The position numbers and the translations under genes were made by a program. A stretch of 64,000 nucleotides of DNA from Dictyostelium discoideum (Eukaryota). Positions 15,785 through 29,913 of this stretch are shown piece after piece (positions within the stretch are counted from its first letter, which is position 1; every line of letters begins with the position of its first letter). The stretch lies in assembly GCA_000004695.1 (NCBI GenBank), contig CM000151.3, forward strand, positions 7,552,001 through 7,616,000, read 5' to 3'. The notes beneath the pieces were generated by a model. That model had not been told where the DNA came from. It did no database searches and saw only the letters and a program-made list of their open reading frames with translations.

Positions 15785-16649
15785 TTAAAATATTTCTTGT
15801 TCTTGTGGTTTTTGTTGCTCTGAAGCTTGTTGTTGTTGTTCTTGTAATTTCTTTTGTTTAACATGTTCTGATAAAGTTGGAGAGAAATCCAATGGATTTA
15901 AAGTTTCACCACCTGCACAAACATAATATTCACCATCAATAATTTCTTCCATTGTCTTAACGAGTTTACCAGAAGAAGCTAAATATAATTTTCTGACTGG
16001 ACCAGTTGGTAATTTAACTTGTTTTGAGAGTTGTTCTTTTAATTGATCATAAGTTTTAAATTTGGTTGAATGTACAGTTACACGTTCACCAGAATGATAT
16101 CTATCACCATTTCTAAAACACATTATAACTTTAGCTTTCTCTGTCTGAACTGAAAATTTATCAATTGAATGAACTGCACTCTCTTTATATGCTGATACAA
16201 CTGGTTTTTTAGGTGATTGTGCACTTGAAACTGATGGTGATGCTGATAGTGTTGGTTGTGATGTTGTAGTGGTACCACTTGATGATGTTGGTGTTGGTGT
16301 TGGTGGTGGAGGTACACTACTAACAAATGGTTTACTTGGTTTTGGTTCATCATCTTGATCGCTAACTTCTGCTTTACCAAATATATCTTGAATACCTTTT
16401 GGTATTACCTCTGTATTTAATGGTTCTGCACCACAACAAATATAATGATGTCCATCAACAAAATCCTTTATATCTTGAATTCTTTTTTTATCCATTGAAT
16501 AAACTTTTTGTACATTTCCTGTAAATAATCCAACTTTTTTTGAAAATTCTAATTTTAACTAAATAAAAAAAAAAAAAAAAATAAATAAAAATAAATAAAA
16601 TTTCCAATTTTAAAAAAAAAAATTAGTAATTTTCATTTATTTTTACAAA

Positions 16650-16720
<71 letters not shown>

Positions 16721-16933
16721 ATCTATAGGTTTATTTAAAAAAAATAAAAATAATAAAAAATAATAAAAAAAAATACTTACTTGATCAAATGTTTTAAATT
16801 TGGAAGAGTGAACAAGGCAATGAACACCTTCAACATGATATCTATCACCATTTCTAAATAATATTACACGGGCAGATTTGTCGGTTTGAAGACCAAATTT
16901 CTCCATTTTAGGTTTACCTGAAGTAGATGTCAT
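15785..16933 (-). CDS. dcx: Protein with two doublecortin (DCX) domains: complement(join(15785..16558,16781..16933)), about 308 aa
   Basis: Two DCX repeats: ARVILFRNGDRYHVEGVHCLVHSSKFKTFDQ...YICCGAEPL and AKVIMCFRNGDRYHSGERVTVHSTKFKTYDQL...GEYYVCAGGE. Minus-strand donor GTAAGT at 16780. The 222-bp intron contains (TAAA)n. The acceptor TTTATTTAG ends at 16559. Confidence 0.75.
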
Positions 16934-17896
16934 TTTTAAAATAAATTTATTTTATTATTTTTATTATTTTTATTATTTTTATTATTTTTTTTTTTTATTG
17001 TTTTTATTTAATGTATGAAAATTTAATTAATATTAAAAGTTTGGTGATAAAAGAAAATATTAAAAAAAAAACATTTTTTTTTTTATTCCAAAAAATTAAA
17101 AAATTAAAAAAAATAAATAAAATTTAAATTAAAGTGTTAACCGCTTAATCTGATGAGCTTACTCTGTGTGTGTATGTTAAATTTAATTGAAAAAAAAAAA
17201 AAAAAAAAAAAAAAATTAAAAAAATTATTTAAAAAAAATTTTCAAATAAAAAAAAAAAGAGCCAAAGGTTTGGATTTATTTTTGGAACAATTGTTTTAAT
17301 GAAAAAGCCCTGTTTTTATTTAATTGAAAAAAAAAAAAAAAAAAAAAAAAATAAAAATAAACTAAAAATAAAAAAATTAATAAAAAAAAAAAATTAAAAT
17401 ATTCAACATTCCTTAAAAAAAAAAAAAAAAAATATTAATAATAACTATTAATTAAAAAAACGAGTGTGCAAATATTAAAAAAACGAATCTCAAAATTAAA
17501 AAAAAAAAAAATAAAAAAAAAAAAACAGCAAACATTTTGGTGAAATTTAATTCCCAAAAAAAAAAAAAAAACAATAAAAAAAAACATTACCAAAATAAAA
17601 TAAATAATAATAAAAAAATTAATTTATATACACTTTTTTTTTTTTTTTTTCTATAAAGACCATCGTTTTATTTAAAACATAAAATGAAATTATAATTATT
17701 TTAAATTAAAAAATCATTTTTATGGATTGTAATTATTATTGTTATTAATTGTTGCATTGAAAAAGAAAAAAGGTTATTGTTGGGAGGGGGTGTGTTATTA
17801 TAAAATTTTAATGATTACTGAAAAAATGAAAAATTAATAATAATAATAATAACAACAAATCATTTATTAATGATAATAATGATGATTTGTTTTTAT

Positions 17897-18418
17897 TTAA
17901 ATTTTATTAATTTTACTGGCCATTACGGTAGGATTATCTTTGGCAAGTTGTTCTTTACCAGCGGATTTATAGTCGAAAGAGCAATCGTGCTTGTTAGAGT
18001 ATCTATGAGTGGAACAATATACAAAACTACAACGACACTTGAAACCTAATAAACCAACCTTTTTATTGCAACTAAAACATTTGGTGGTATCGGTTTGAAC
18101 TTTTTTAGTATCTTTTTCTTCTGTTGGTGGTTCTTCAACCTCTACAAGTTTAGCAGTTTCGACAACTGCGTTTGTTGCTTGTTGTTTATTTATTTCAATA
18201 TCTTTTTTGGTGATACTATTTGTGGTGGTTGAGGTGGTTGAAGTTGTATTTATATTACTAATGCTATTGTTGTCATTATTTGAGGTTGTTTCTTTTTTAG
18301 TTCTAAAACATTTCGAACACATATTCTCAGTAAGAGGATTACCGAAAAATCCACATCCTTTTGAACAAGGAGTTGGGGTATTTTGTTGTTGTGTAGTATT
18401 AGAGTCACCAGAATCCAT
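17897..18418 (-). CDS. A20-type plus AN1-type zinc-finger protein (ZFAND5/6 / stress-associated-protein family), single exon
   Basis: The N-terminal A20 finger is CSKGCGFFGNPLTENMCSKCF. The C-terminal AN1 finger is CFSCNKKVGLLGFKCRCSFVYCSTHRYSNKHDCSFDYK. Confidence 0.8.
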   Translation of the reverse strand: MDSGDSNTTQQQNTPTPCSKGCGFFGNPLTENMCSKCFRTKKETTSNNDNNSISNINTTSTTSTTTNSITKKDIEINKQQATNAVVETAKLVEVEEPPTEEKDTKKVQTDTTKCFSCNKKVGLLGFKCRCSFVYCSTHRYSNKHDCSFDYKSAGKEQLAKDNPTVMASKINKI

Positions 18419-18839
18419 TTTTTTTTTTTTATTTATTTTTTATATTGTATATTATGTATATGAGTGTGAATTATTATTATTTTTATTATTATTATTTTTA
18501 TATTTGAGGAGGAAAATTTATTTTAAAAAATATGTATATATATATTTAAAGATAGAAAATTATTTAATATGTGAGTGAATTATTATTATTGTACAGATGA
18601 GGCGCTAAGAAAAAAAAAAAAATATTTATATGAAAATTTTTGAACTTGATGGTAATTGAAAAAAAAAATTTTTGAAAATTTTAAAACTTAAGGGAAAAAA
18701 AAAAAAAAAAATTAGTATGTTTAATATTTAAATGAAAATAAAAATAAAAATAAAAAAAAAAAAAAAAACAAAACATATATTAAAAAAAAAAAAATTAAAA
18801 AAAAAAAAAAATTAAAAAAAAAAAAAAAAAAAATTAAAA

Positions 18840-18873
<34 letters not shown>

Positions 18874-19130
18874 AGTTACACAACGACCGGTGTTCTTTAA
18901 CTTCTTATCTAGATCTTGTTTTATTTTGTGTTTGTTTACCTGTCGCAGTTGCACAACAAAAATTTTAAAAAAATAAAACAAAAAAGGATACGAATATATA
19001 AAAAAATAAAAAAAAAATAAAAAAAAAAAAAAAAAAAAAAAAAAAATAATATAAAATTAAAAATAAAAAAATAAACCTTACAGTTTAGAGGAAAAAAAAA
19101 AAAAAAAAAAAGATATATTCTTGTATATTT

Positions 19131-19193
<63 letters not shown>

Positions 19194-19493
19194 TTATTTT
19201 TATTTATTTATTTTTGTTTTTTTATTTATATATATTTATATTATTTTTATTTATATTATTATTATTTTTATTATTATTATTTTATTATTATTATTGATAA
19301 ATTTTGTTTTATCAAAGAAACTTTATAAACAAATTATGATGAAAAAAAAAAAAAATAAAAAAAAGAATTTTAAAAAAATAATAATTATGTATATATGTTG
19401 AAAAAAAAAAATAAAAAAAAATAAAAAAAAATAAAAATAATATAAATAAAAAAAATAAAATAAAATGAAAAATAAAAAAAAAAAATTTAAAAA

Positions 19494-19529
<36 letters not shown>

Positions 19530-19743
19530 TGTGTTAATAAAATTTTATTAATTTTTATAAATTATTATTTTAAAATTTTAATTATTTTTTTTAATTTTTT
19601 TTTTTTTGTTTTGTTTGGAAATATAAAAAAAAAAAAAAAAAACCAAAAAAAACAAATTATAAATAGATTGTTACCTTTTTTGTATGTGTTAAAAAAAAAG
19701 AGAGAATATGTACAATTTATATAGTGGGATTAAAATTAAAAAT

Positions 19744-19777
<34 letters not shown>

Positions 19778-19956
19778 ACAGTATGGTGAAAAAAAAAAAA
19801 AATTAAAAAAAAAAAAAATAAAAAAAAAAAATTAATTGAAAGAAGAACTTAAGAACACTGCAAAGATTCGAATTTTTTGAAAATTATAAAAAAAAATGAT
19901 CACAATTCGCTTTGGGAGGACAGTTCACTTAATTAAAAAAAAAAATAATTTTTTGG

Positions 19957-20014
<58 letters not shown>

Positions 20015-20575
20015 AATAAAAAAAATAAAAATTTTAAAAAAAAAAAAAAAAAAAAAAAAATAAAAATCGATATGAATGTCTTTTTAAAGGAAATCTTTCC
20101 AAACTAATTATAGTTTTTAAGATTATCCAATTTTTTTAATTTTTTAACTTGTGTTGGGTAATATGGAAAAATTAAAAATTAATTTAAAAAAAATTTTGTA
20201 AATTGTATATCTTTATTTTTCAATATCACAATATATTGAATTCTTTGAAATTTTTTATCATTATTTTTTTTTTTTAATTATTTTTGTTTTTCAGATTTCA
20301 TTTATTTTTCAACTGTTTTTCATTTATTTTTGCAATGATAATTAATGCAATTTAATTTAAAAAAATGGCAAAGATCCTTAAAATCTTTGTGTGGTGATCT
20401 AATTCCCATATCACTTAAAGAATAAAAATATTTTCAAAATGAAAAAAAAAATTAATATAAATAGATTTTTTTATTTTTTTTATTCATAATAAACATAAAC
20501 AAATAAACACTTAACATAAAGAAAAATATTACAAAATTAATAAATTAAAAAATTTATAAATAATAAAAATTAAAA

Positions 20576-21184
20576 ATGGCCACTCTTTTTGATATTTTAA
20601 ATACTCTTAATAATAATAATTATTTTGAAAATTGTAAAAGACAATGTTCAATAAATAAAAGCAATAAAACAATTATTGATATAATACCACCAATGGATGT
20701 AACAATGACAAATGATAAACTAATCATTGAAACAGAGTTAGCAGGTATTTCAAAAGATCATATTGAAATTGACATTAAAGATTCAATACTCACTATTCAA
20801 GGCGAAAAGAAAAAGAATTTAAATAAACAACAACAACAATTAGTTATTGAAAAATCAACAACATCATCAACAACATTAGATAGCAAAGAAGATGAAGCAT
20901 CAATTGAGGAGTTTGAAGATGATATTAAACCAAAATCAAAGTCTACAGTCACCACCACCGCCACTAAAGAGAATAAAGAAGATGAAAATAAAACAAAATT
21001 AAGTGATAAAAAGTTTATTTCAGAAAGATCATTTGGTAATTTTAAAAGATATTTAGATTTAACAAAAGTTTTATATCAATTAGATTTAAATTCAATCAAT
21101 ACTCAATTTGAAAATGGTTTATTAACAATTACAATCAATAAGAAATTACATTACTCAAATACAATTAAAATTAATATAAATTAA
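20576..21184 (+). CDS. Small heat-shock protein, alpha-crystallin/Hsp20 family (hspG-like), array copy A
   Basis: Carries the Hsp20 signature: [41 protein letters not shown]...[16 protein letters not shown]...[12 protein letters not shown]. Confidence 0.8.
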   Translation: MATLFDILNTLNNNNYFENCKRQCSINKSNKTIIDIIPPMDVTMTNDKLIIETELAGISKDHIEIDIKDSILTIQGEKKKNLNKQQQQLVIEKSTTSSTTLDSKEDEASIEEFEDDIKPKSKSTVTTTATKENKEDENKTKLSDKKFISERSFGNFKRYLDLTKVLYQLDLNSINTQFENGLLTITINKKLHYSNTIKININ

Positions 21185-21712
21185 CCATTGGTCACCTTTA
21201 TTTTCATTCTTTACAAATACATGTATAATATTAATAAATTATAATAAATTATTATTTCTTTAAAATTATTTAAATAAAAAACTTTAAAAAAGATAAATAA
21301 AAAATCATTTCCAGAAATTTTTTTAAATTTTTTTTTTTATTTAAAACTTGATTTATATTTTTTTTATTTTATTTTTATTAAAAGAGAAATTAAAAATTAA
21401 AACATGTGGATTAAATGTTGGTTTATTAAATTTACCTTCAATAAAAATGATAGATAATTTTTTAAAAAAAAAAAAAAATAAAAAAAAAATTCAAAAGATA
21501 TAAATATCTCAAGTTATAATAAAATATTTTGTTCACTTGAAAATAATAGGCAATTATTTTTTTATAAAAAAAATAGAAATAAAATACTTTTAATTATTTA
21601 AATTCAAAACTTTTTATTATTTTTTAAAGAATTCTCTTTTTTATTTTATAATTATTATGGAAATTATTTTTTTTTTTGCCCTCATAAAAAATTAGAATCA
21701 CCAATCCAACTT

Positions 21713-21755
<43 letters not shown>

Positions 21756-22079
21756 TAAATTTTCATTTATATTTCAATTGTTTTTCATTTATTTTCACAA
21801 AGTTGTTCAGTGGAAGTTAAGTTATAAAATAACAATGATTCATAAAATCTTCGTGTAAAAAAATTTTTCATGTAATTTCCTTGTCATGGGGATTCATAAC
21901 TTTAAGGAGTAAAAAAAAAAAAAAAAAAAAAAATAAATAGTTTAAAAAACTTTTTTTTTTTTTCATTAAAACAAAAACAAAAATAAAAATTAAATTAAAT
22001 AAATAATAAATAAATAAACAAATAAAAAATCAAACAAATATATAAAAAAATAAAAAAATAAAAAAATAAAAAATTAAAA

Positions 22080-22712
22080 ATGGCAACAATCTTTGATATT
22101 TTAAATACTCTTAATAATAATAATAATAATAATAATTTTGAAAATTGTAAAAGACAATGTCCAATTAATAAAAGCAATAAAACGATTATTGATAAACTAC
22201 CACCAATGGATGTAACAATGACAAATGATAAATTAATCATTGAAACAGAGTTAGCAGGTATTTCAAAAGATCATATTGAAATTGATATTAAAGATTCAAT
22301 ACTCACTATTCAAGGTGAAAAGAAAAAGAATTTAAATAAACAACAACAACAATTAGTTATTGAAAAATCAACATCATCATCAACATTAGATAGCAAAGAA
22401 GATGAGCCATCGATTGAAGAGTTTGAAGATGATATTAAACCAAAATCAAAATCTGACAATACAACTGTATCTACTACAACCACCGCCACCACTAAAGAGA
22501 ACAAAGAAGATGAAAATAAAACAAAATCAACTGATAAAAAGTTTATTTCAGAAAGATCATTTGGTAATTTTAAAAGATATTTAGATTTAACAAAAATTTT
22601 ATATCAATTAGATTTAAATTCAATCAATACTCAATTTGAAAATGGTTTATTAACAATTACAATCAATAAGAAATTACATTATTCAAATACAATTAAAATT
22701 AATATAAATTAA
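22080..22712 (+). CDS. Small heat-shock protein (hspG-like), array copy B
   Basis: More than 90% identical to copy A; same alpha-crystallin motifs. Confidence 0.8.
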   Translation: MATIFDILNTLNNNNNNNNFENCKRQCPINKSNKTIIDKLPPMDVTMTNDKLIIETELAGISKDHIEIDIKDSILTIQGEKKKNLNKQQQQLVIEKSTSSSTLDSKEDEPSIEEFEDDIKPKSKSDNTTVSTTTTATTKENKEDENKTKSTDKKFISERSFGNFKRYLDLTKILYQLDLNSINTQFENGLLTITINKKLHYSNTIKININ

Positions 22713-22867
22713 CTCCACTTTTATTTTCCCTTCTTTATAATTCTGAAAGTACATGTACATAATAGTAATAGTAATAATAATATTTTAATAATAAAATTAA
22801 TAAAATAAAAAAAAATAAAAAAACATTTAATTTAATTTTTCTTCTTCTTTTTCTTTTTTTTTTTTAT

Positions 22868-23150
22868 TTAATATTTAATTTTTAATATTAATTGTATTTT
22901 TTGATACTATCATTGCCCAAAATATTTCATTTATCGAAAATTCTATTTATATCTATTAAATATGCATCAGATTTTGATAAAGGAACAATATTATCATCAT
23001 TTGATATTATTGAATTTAATTTAGAAATTATTTTGTAATTAATTAATTAATATTATCAATTTTAAGAAATAATATATATATTTTTAAATAATTAATTATT
23101 ACATTTCATTTAAAAAATGATGATTTATAATCACCTCATTTAAATTTATT
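22868..23150 (-). pseudogene. Remnant of the GNAT acetyltransferase gene (internal deletion derivative) between sHSP copies B and C
   Basis: Contains fragments homologous to 25130-25290 ('...cccaaaatatttcatttat[c/t]gaaaattc...atatgcatcagattttgataaaggaacaatatta...') and to the exon-1 end ('attacatttcattt[g]aaaaatgatgattta'). The intervening sequence is missing. Confidence 0.6.
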
Positions 23151-23436
23151 TATTTTATTTTATTTTATTTTTATTTTTTTTAAAATCTATTTTTTATATG
23201 AAATATTATCCCTCTTGTTCTTTAAAATAAAAAAAAAAAAAATTATTAAAAATGATTATAAATAATTAAATTCTAAAAATAAAATTTTGGTAAAAAAAAA
23301 AAAAAAAAAAATTCAGAAAACAGAATTATCACATTCATTTTTTTATATTTTATATCATTTTGTGTATTTTTGAGTGTTCTATTGTTATATACTAAATTCA
23401 TAATAAAAATAAATAAAAATAAATAATTGTTTGAAA

Positions 23437-23467
<31 letters not shown>

Positions 23468-23594
23468 TTTATTAAGGACATTCCAATTGTTTTTTATCCA
23501 TAAAAAATTATTGGTCAGAATAATAAAAAGTTTATATTCCCACCATTATGAGGTATTCAAGTTTTAAAACCTAACTTAATTTTCTTTTTTTATT

Positions 23595-23637
<43 letters not shown>

Positions 23638-23657
23638 TTTTTTTTTTTTAAAATTTT

Positions 23658-23966
23658 CATTAAATTTTCATTTATTTTCTAATTGTTTTTCTTTTACTTT
23701 CACAATGTTTTTCAGTGGAAGTTAAGTTATAAAATAACAATGATTCATAAAATGTTCGTGTAAAATAATTTTTTGAGAATAACTTCCATGTAATGGTGAT
23801 TCATAACTTTAAGAATAAAAATATTTTTCAAAATGAAAAAAAAAAAATAATATAAATAGTTTAAAAACCTTTCTTTTTTTCTTCATTAAAACAAAAACAA
23901 ATAAAACAAAAACAAATAAAAATTAAATAAATAAATAAATAAATATAAAAAAAAAAACTTTTAAAA
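23658..23966 (+). promoter_or_regulatory. Conserved upstream module of the sHSP array genes, about 200 bp, with a TATAAATAG box about 110 bp before the ATG; also present at about 21763-22079, 26578-26925, 29590-29913, 33003-33240 and 35920-36266
   Basis: A near-identical block ('ttcatttattttctaattgtttttcatttactttcacaatgtttttcagtggaagttaagttataaaataacaatgattcataaaatgttcgtgtaaaataatttt..gagaataacttccatgtaatggtgattcataactttaagaataaaaatattttcaaaatgaaaaaaaaa..taatataaatag') recurs before every copy. It contains degenerate nTTCnnGAAn-like heat-shock-element motifs such as cTTTaaGAAt and TTCaaaatGAA. Confidence 0.5.
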
Positions 23967-24590
23967 ATGGCAACAATCTTTGATATTTTAAATACTCTTA
24001 ATAATAATAATTTTGAAAATTGTAAAAGACAATGTTCAACCAATAAAAGCAATAAAACAATTATTGATATACTACCACCAATGGATGTAACAATGACAAA
24101 TGATAAACTAATCATTGAAACAGAGTTAGCAGGTATTTCAAAAGATCAAATTGAAATTGACATTAAAGATTCAATACTCACCATTCAAGGTGAAAAGAAA
24201 AAGAATTTAAATAAACAACAACAACAATTAGTTATTGAAAAATCATCAACATCACCATCATCATCAACATTAGATAGCAAAGAAAACGGACCATCAATTG
24301 AAGAGTTTGAAGATGATATTAAGCCAAAATCAACCACCAGTACTACAACTGTATCTACAGCCACCACCACAAAAGAGAATAAAGAAGATGAAAATAAAAC
24401 AAAATCAAGTGATAAAAAGTTTATTTCAGAAAGATCATTTGGTAATTTTAAAAGATATTTAGATTTAACAAAAGTTTTATATCAATTAGATTTAAATTCA
24501 ATCAATACTCAATTTGAAAATGGTTTATTAACAATTACAATCAATAAGAAATTACATTACTCAAATACAATTAAAATTAATATAAATTAA
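23967..24590 (+). CDS. Small heat-shock protein (hspG-like), array copy C
   Basis: Intact 207-aa ORF with alpha-crystallin motifs. Confidence 0.8.
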   Translation: MATIFDILNTLNNNNFENCKRQCSTNKSNKTIIDILPPMDVTMTNDKLIIETELAGISKDQIEIDIKDSILTIQGEKKKNLNKQQQQLVIEKSSTSPSSSTLDSKENGPSIEEFEDDIKPKSTTSTTTVSTATTTKENKEDENKTKSSDKKFISERSFGNFKRYLDLTKVLYQLDLNSINTQFENGLLTITINKKLHYSNTIKININ

Positions 24591-24789
24591 CCAGTGGTCA
24601 CCTTCTTTATAATTCTGAAAATACATGTACATAATAAATAATAAATAGTAATAAATAATAATAATAATAATAAAATAAATACTTTTTTTGTAAATTGTTT
24701 AAAATATTTAATTTTAATTTTTTTTTTTTTTTTTTTATTTATTTATTTTTTTTTTTTTTTTTGTTTTATTTAATATTTAATATATAAAG

Positions 24790-25421
24790 TTAATTTTTAT
24801 TTTTTGAAATAATCATAGTTGTTACAGAATAGGAATATTTAAAACCTAATTTTTCAACGAGAGAATTTGATATTGTATTATCATACACAGTTGAACATAA
24901 AGGTATAATATTATTTTCAATTGATGATAATGTTAATTTTGCTTTAACTTTTAATGCAATACCTTTACATCTAAATTCTGGCAATGTGTATAAATTTGAT
25001 GATTTTCCATCAGATTTAATATAATTCCAACAAACTAAATTATTACTATTATTAATTTTCTTTTCGTCATTTTCATCAACTATTATATTGACTTTATTAT
25101 TACTAGTAGTTTTATAACCAAATGCTAAACCATTTTCAATTGCCCAAAATATTTCATTTATTGAAAATTCCGTTTTATATCTATAATTGTCATTTATAAA
25201 ATATGCATCTGATTTTGATAAAGGAACAATATTATTATCATTTGAAATTATTGAATTTAATTTAGAAATTATTTTGATTTTATTTTCCATATCATTAATA
25301 TCTATAATAAAATGATTATAAAAAGGAACTGTTTTAATTTTAAATCCACATTCTTGGAAAAATTCTTCAATGAATTTAACTAAAATTGGATTTTCAATAT
25401 CTCCAAAATAAAAAGTATTAC

Positions 25422-25455
<34 letters not shown>

Positions 25456-25904
25456 AAGAGAATTAATAAATATAAAAATACAATAGTTATCTATTTTTAG
25501 AAATAATATACATATATTGTTAATAATTATTACATTTCATTTGAAAAATGATGATTTAAAATTGCATCATTTAAATTTGTTTTTTTTAATAGTTCCTCCA
25601 TTTCAATAGCATTTATACTATTGAAATATCCTTTTTCCCAATCAATTGATTTAATTACATTTTTAACGATTTCAAAATCTAAATTTTCATTATTTAATGT
25701 AAATAATTTTATAAAATTTGTAATTAATGATATTGATACTATTACACTCGGTGAATCATAATTATCTGTAAAATATTCATATAATCCAATTTTAGTTTGG
25801 TTTTCAATAAAATCAAATTGAGGAAATCCTTTTGTTTTTTTGAAAAAACTTTTGTCTTTTATGTGTATTAGTATTGATTTTTTATTATTTTCTTTTATTA
25901 ACAT
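24790..25904 (-). CDS. GNAT-family N-acetyltransferase-like protein, array copy 1: complement(join(24790..25420,25534..25904)), about 333 aa
   Basis: Exon 1 gives MLIKENNKKS...NHHFSNE, with donor GTAATAA at 25533. The acceptor TTATAG ends at 25421. Phase-2 splice AT|T continues to NTFYFGDIENPILVKFIEEFFQECGF... and then a C-terminal GNAT-like core: LYTLPEFRCKGIALKVKAKLTLSSIENNIIPLCSTVYDNTISNSLVEKLGFKY. Confidence 0.6.
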
Positions 25905-26372
25905 TTTTATTTATTTTTTAAAAACTACATAAACCCTCTAAATAATAATAATAAAAAAAAAAAAAAAAAAAAAAACAAATTTAAAAAAAAAATAAACAAA
26001 TAAAAAAAAAAAACAAATAAATTAAAAAAAAAAAAAAAAATTTAAAAAAAAAAAAAAGTAAAAGTGTGTTGAATAATTTCTTTTTTAATTTCATGATAAA
26101 CAGTTATTACTATTCAATTTATTTAAATACATGTTTGTTATAATTATTTTTTTAATTGTTTTCTAAAAATTATATTACACTTCAAACACAACAAAAATTA
26201 TGTTGAGAAAAGTAGGTGGATGCGGACATGACCGCTTCTGTTTAATTAAAAAAATTATTATTATATTATTATTATTTTCTAAAAATTTTATATTTTATAT
26301 GATTTTGTGTATTTTTGAGTGTTCTATTGTAATTAACTAAATTCATAATAAAAATAAATAAAATTAAATATT

Positions 26373-26411
<39 letters not shown>

Positions 26412-26925
26412 TTAAGTAATTATTAAGGACAATCCAATTGTTTTTTATCCATAAAAAATTATTGGTCAGAGTAATAAAAAAAGTTTATATTCCCATTATC
26501 ATGAGATATTCAAGTTTTACAACCTTATTTTCCTTTTTTTATTTCATTTTTTTTTTTTTTTTATTTTTTTTAAAAATTTCATTAAATTTTCATTTATTTT
26601 CTAATTGTTTTTCATTTACTTTCACAATGTTTTTCAGTGGAAGTTAAGTTATAAAATGACAATGATTCATAAAATGTTTGTGTAAAATAAATTTTGAGAA
26701 TAACTTCCATGTAATGGTGATTCATAACTTTAAGAATAAAAATATTTTCAAAATGAAAAAAAAAAAAATAATATAAATAGTTTAAAAATCTTTCTTTTTT
26801 CTTCATTAAAACAAAAACAAAAACAAATAAAAATTAAATAAATAAATAAGTAAATAAATAAATAAATTAAATAGTAACTAAATTAATTATTATTAAATAA
26901 ATATATAAAAAAAAAACTTTTAAAA

Positions 26926-27561
26926 ATGGCAACAATCTTTGATATTTTAAATACTCTTAATAATAATAATAATAATAATTTTGAAAATTGTAAAAGACAA
27001 TGCTCAACCAATAAAAGCAATAAGACAATTATTGATATACTACCACCAATGGATGTAACAATGACAAATGATAAACTAATCATTGAAACAGAGTTAGCAG
27101 GTATTTCAAAAGATCATATTGAAATTGACATTAAAGATTCAATACTCACTATTCAAGGTGAAAAGAAAAAGAATTTAAATAAACAACAACAACAATTAGT
27201 TATTGAAAAATCATCAACATCACCATCATCATCAACATTAGATAGCAAAGAAGATGAACCATCAATTGAAGAGTTTGAAGATGATATTAAACCAAAATCA
27301 ACCACCAGTACTACAACTGTATCTACTACCACCACCGCCACTAAAGAGAATAAAGAAGATGAAAATAAAACAAAACCAACTGATAAAAAGTTTATTTCAG
27401 AAAGATCATTTGGTAATTTTAAAAGATATTTAGATTTAACAAAAGTTTTATATCAATTAGATTTAAATTCAATCAATACTCAATTTGAAAATGGTTTATT
27501 AACAATTACAATCAATAAGAAATTACATTATCCAAATCCAATTAAAATTAATATAAATTAA
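26926..27561 (+). CDS. Small heat-shock protein (hspG-like), array copy D
   Basis: Intact 211-aa ORF. Confidence 0.8.
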
Positions 27562-27759
27562 CCAGTGGTCGCCTTCTTTATAATTGCGAAAATACATGTA
27601 CATAATAAATAATAAATAATAATAAATAATAATAAAAAAAAAAAAAAAAAAAAAAAATAATAAATACTTCTTTGTAAATTCTTTTAATAAAAAAAAAAAA
27701 AAATATTTAATTTTATTTTTATTTTTAATTTTTTTTTTTTTTTTTGTTTTATTTTATAT

Positions 27760-28877
27760 TTAATATATAAAGTTAATTTTATTTTTTGAAATAATCATTG
27801 TTGTTACAGAATAGGAATATTTAAAACCTAATTTTTCAATAAGAGAATTTGATGGTGTATTATCATATGCTACCGAACATAAAGGTATAATATTATTTTC
27901 AATTGATGATAATGTTAATTTTGCTTTAACTTTTAATAATACCTTTACATCTAAACTCTGGTAATGTGTGTAAATTTGATGATTTTCCATCAGATTTAAT
28001 ATAATTCCAGCAAACTAAATTATTACTATTATTAATTTTCTTTTCTTCATTTTCGTCAACAACTATATTGACTCCATTATTATTTTTATTATTATTATTA
28101 TTATCATTATTAATTTTATAACCAAATGCTAAACCATTTTCAATTGCCCAAAATATTTCATTTATTGAAAATTCTGTTTTATATTTATAATTGTCATTTA
28201 TAAAATATGCATCTGATTTTGATAAAGGAACAATATTATCATCATTTGAAATTATTGAATTTAATTTAGAAATTATTTTGATTTTATTATCTATATCATT
28301 AATATCAATAATAAAATGATTATAAAAAGGAACTGTTTTTATTTCAAACCCACATTCATGGAAATATTCTTCAATGAATTTTACTAATATTGGGTTTTCA
28401 ATATCTCCAAAATAAAAAGTGTCTCTAAAAAAAAAAAAAAATAATTCATAGAATTAATAAATATAAAAATACAATAGTTATCTATTTTGTGTTAATAATA
28501 ATTACATTTCATTTGAAAAATGATGATTTAAAATCGCATTTATTTGATTTGTCTTTTTTAATAGTTCATCCATTTCAATAGAATTCATACTATTGAAATA
28601 TCATTTTTTCCAATCAATTGATTTAATTACATTTTTAACGATTTCAAAATCTAAATTTTCATTATTTAATGTAAATAATTTTATAAAATTTGTAATTAAT
28701 GATATTGATACTATTACACTTGGTGAATCATAATTATCTGTAAAAAATTCATATAATCCAATTTTAATTTGGTTTTCAAATAATATCAAATTGAGGAAAT
28801 CCTTTTGTTTTTTTGAAAAAACTTTTGTCTTTTATATGTATTAATATTGATTTTTTATTATTTTCTTTTACTAACAT
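27760..28877 (-). pseudogene. GNAT acetyltransferase-like gene, array copy 2, disrupted
   Basis: Homologous along its full length to copy 1, but exon 1 has a 1-nt insertion ('gatattatttgaaaacc' versus 'gattttattgaaaacc') that introduces TGA. Only short ORFs remain (27760..27990 and 28601..28789). Confidence 0.6.
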
Positions 28878-29348
28878 ATTTATTTATTTATAAGCTCAAA
28901 AACCCACTAAATAATAACACCAAAAAAAAAAAAATAAAAAATAAATTAAAAAAAAAAATAAACAAATAAAAAAAAAAAAATTAAAAAAAAAAAAAAAGTA
29001 AAAGTGTGTTCTATAATTTCTTTTTTAATTTCATGAAAACAGTAAATACTGTTCAATTTATTTAAATACATATTTGTTATAATTATTTTTAAATTGTTTT
29101 CTAAAAATTTTATTAAACTATTTTTTTTTTAAATCTATTTTTTAATATAAAATGTATTCCCTTTAATTATTCTTCAAAATAAAAAAAATAATTATAAAAA
29201 ATGAATGATTCTAACTTAAAAAAAAAAAAAAAAAAAAAAAAACAGAATGATTAAATTCAATTTTTTTATATTTTATAAGACCTTGTGTAATCTGGAGCGT
29301 TCTATGTTTATATACTAAATTCATATTAAAAATAAATAAAATTAAATC

Positions 29349-29380
<32 letters not shown>

Positions 29381-29913
29381 TTAAAGTGTCAAATTAAATA
29401 TTTATCAAGGATGTATCACTTTTTTTTTATCATAAAAAATTATTGAAGAGTTATAAAAAAAGTTCATATTCCCATTATGAGGGATTCAAGTTTTAAAGTT
29501 ATAAGAAAAGTTTATATTCCCATTATGAGGTATTCAAGTTTTACATAACCCATTTTCCTATTTAATTTTTTTTTTTTTTTTAAAAAATTTCATTTATTTT
29601 TCAATTATTTTTCATTTATTTTCACAATGTTTTTCAGTGGAAGTTAAGTTATAAAATAATAATTATTCATAAAATGTTCGTGTAAAATAATTTTTTGCGA
29701 ATGACTTCCATGTAATGGTGATTCACAATTTTAGGAATAAAAATATTTTCAAAATGAAAAAAAAATAATATAAATAGTTTAAAAATCTTTCTTTTTTTAA
29801 AACAAAAACAAAAACAAAAACAAAAACAAAAACAAAAACAAAAACAAATAAAAAAGTAAACAAAAAATAAAATTAATTATTATTAAATAAATAAAAAAAA
29901 AAAAATTTTAAAA

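Noticed and set aside
16123-16380. His-rich ORF on the minus strand inside the DCX gene
   Set aside because: Out-of-frame overlap with the DCX coding exon.
17141-17170. 'aatCTGATGAgc' resembling box C/box D or a hammerhead core
   Set aside because: An isolated 8-mer with no flanking stems, no antisense element and no second box.
21995-27341. Minus-strand ORFs overlapping each sHSP gene (21995..22240, 22310..22504, 23861..24115, 24185..24370, 26883..27083, 27153..27341, 29883..30128, 33462..33674)
   Set aside because: Antisense frames of the conserved sHSP coding sequence. Low-complexity L/V/S-rich translations with no independent support.
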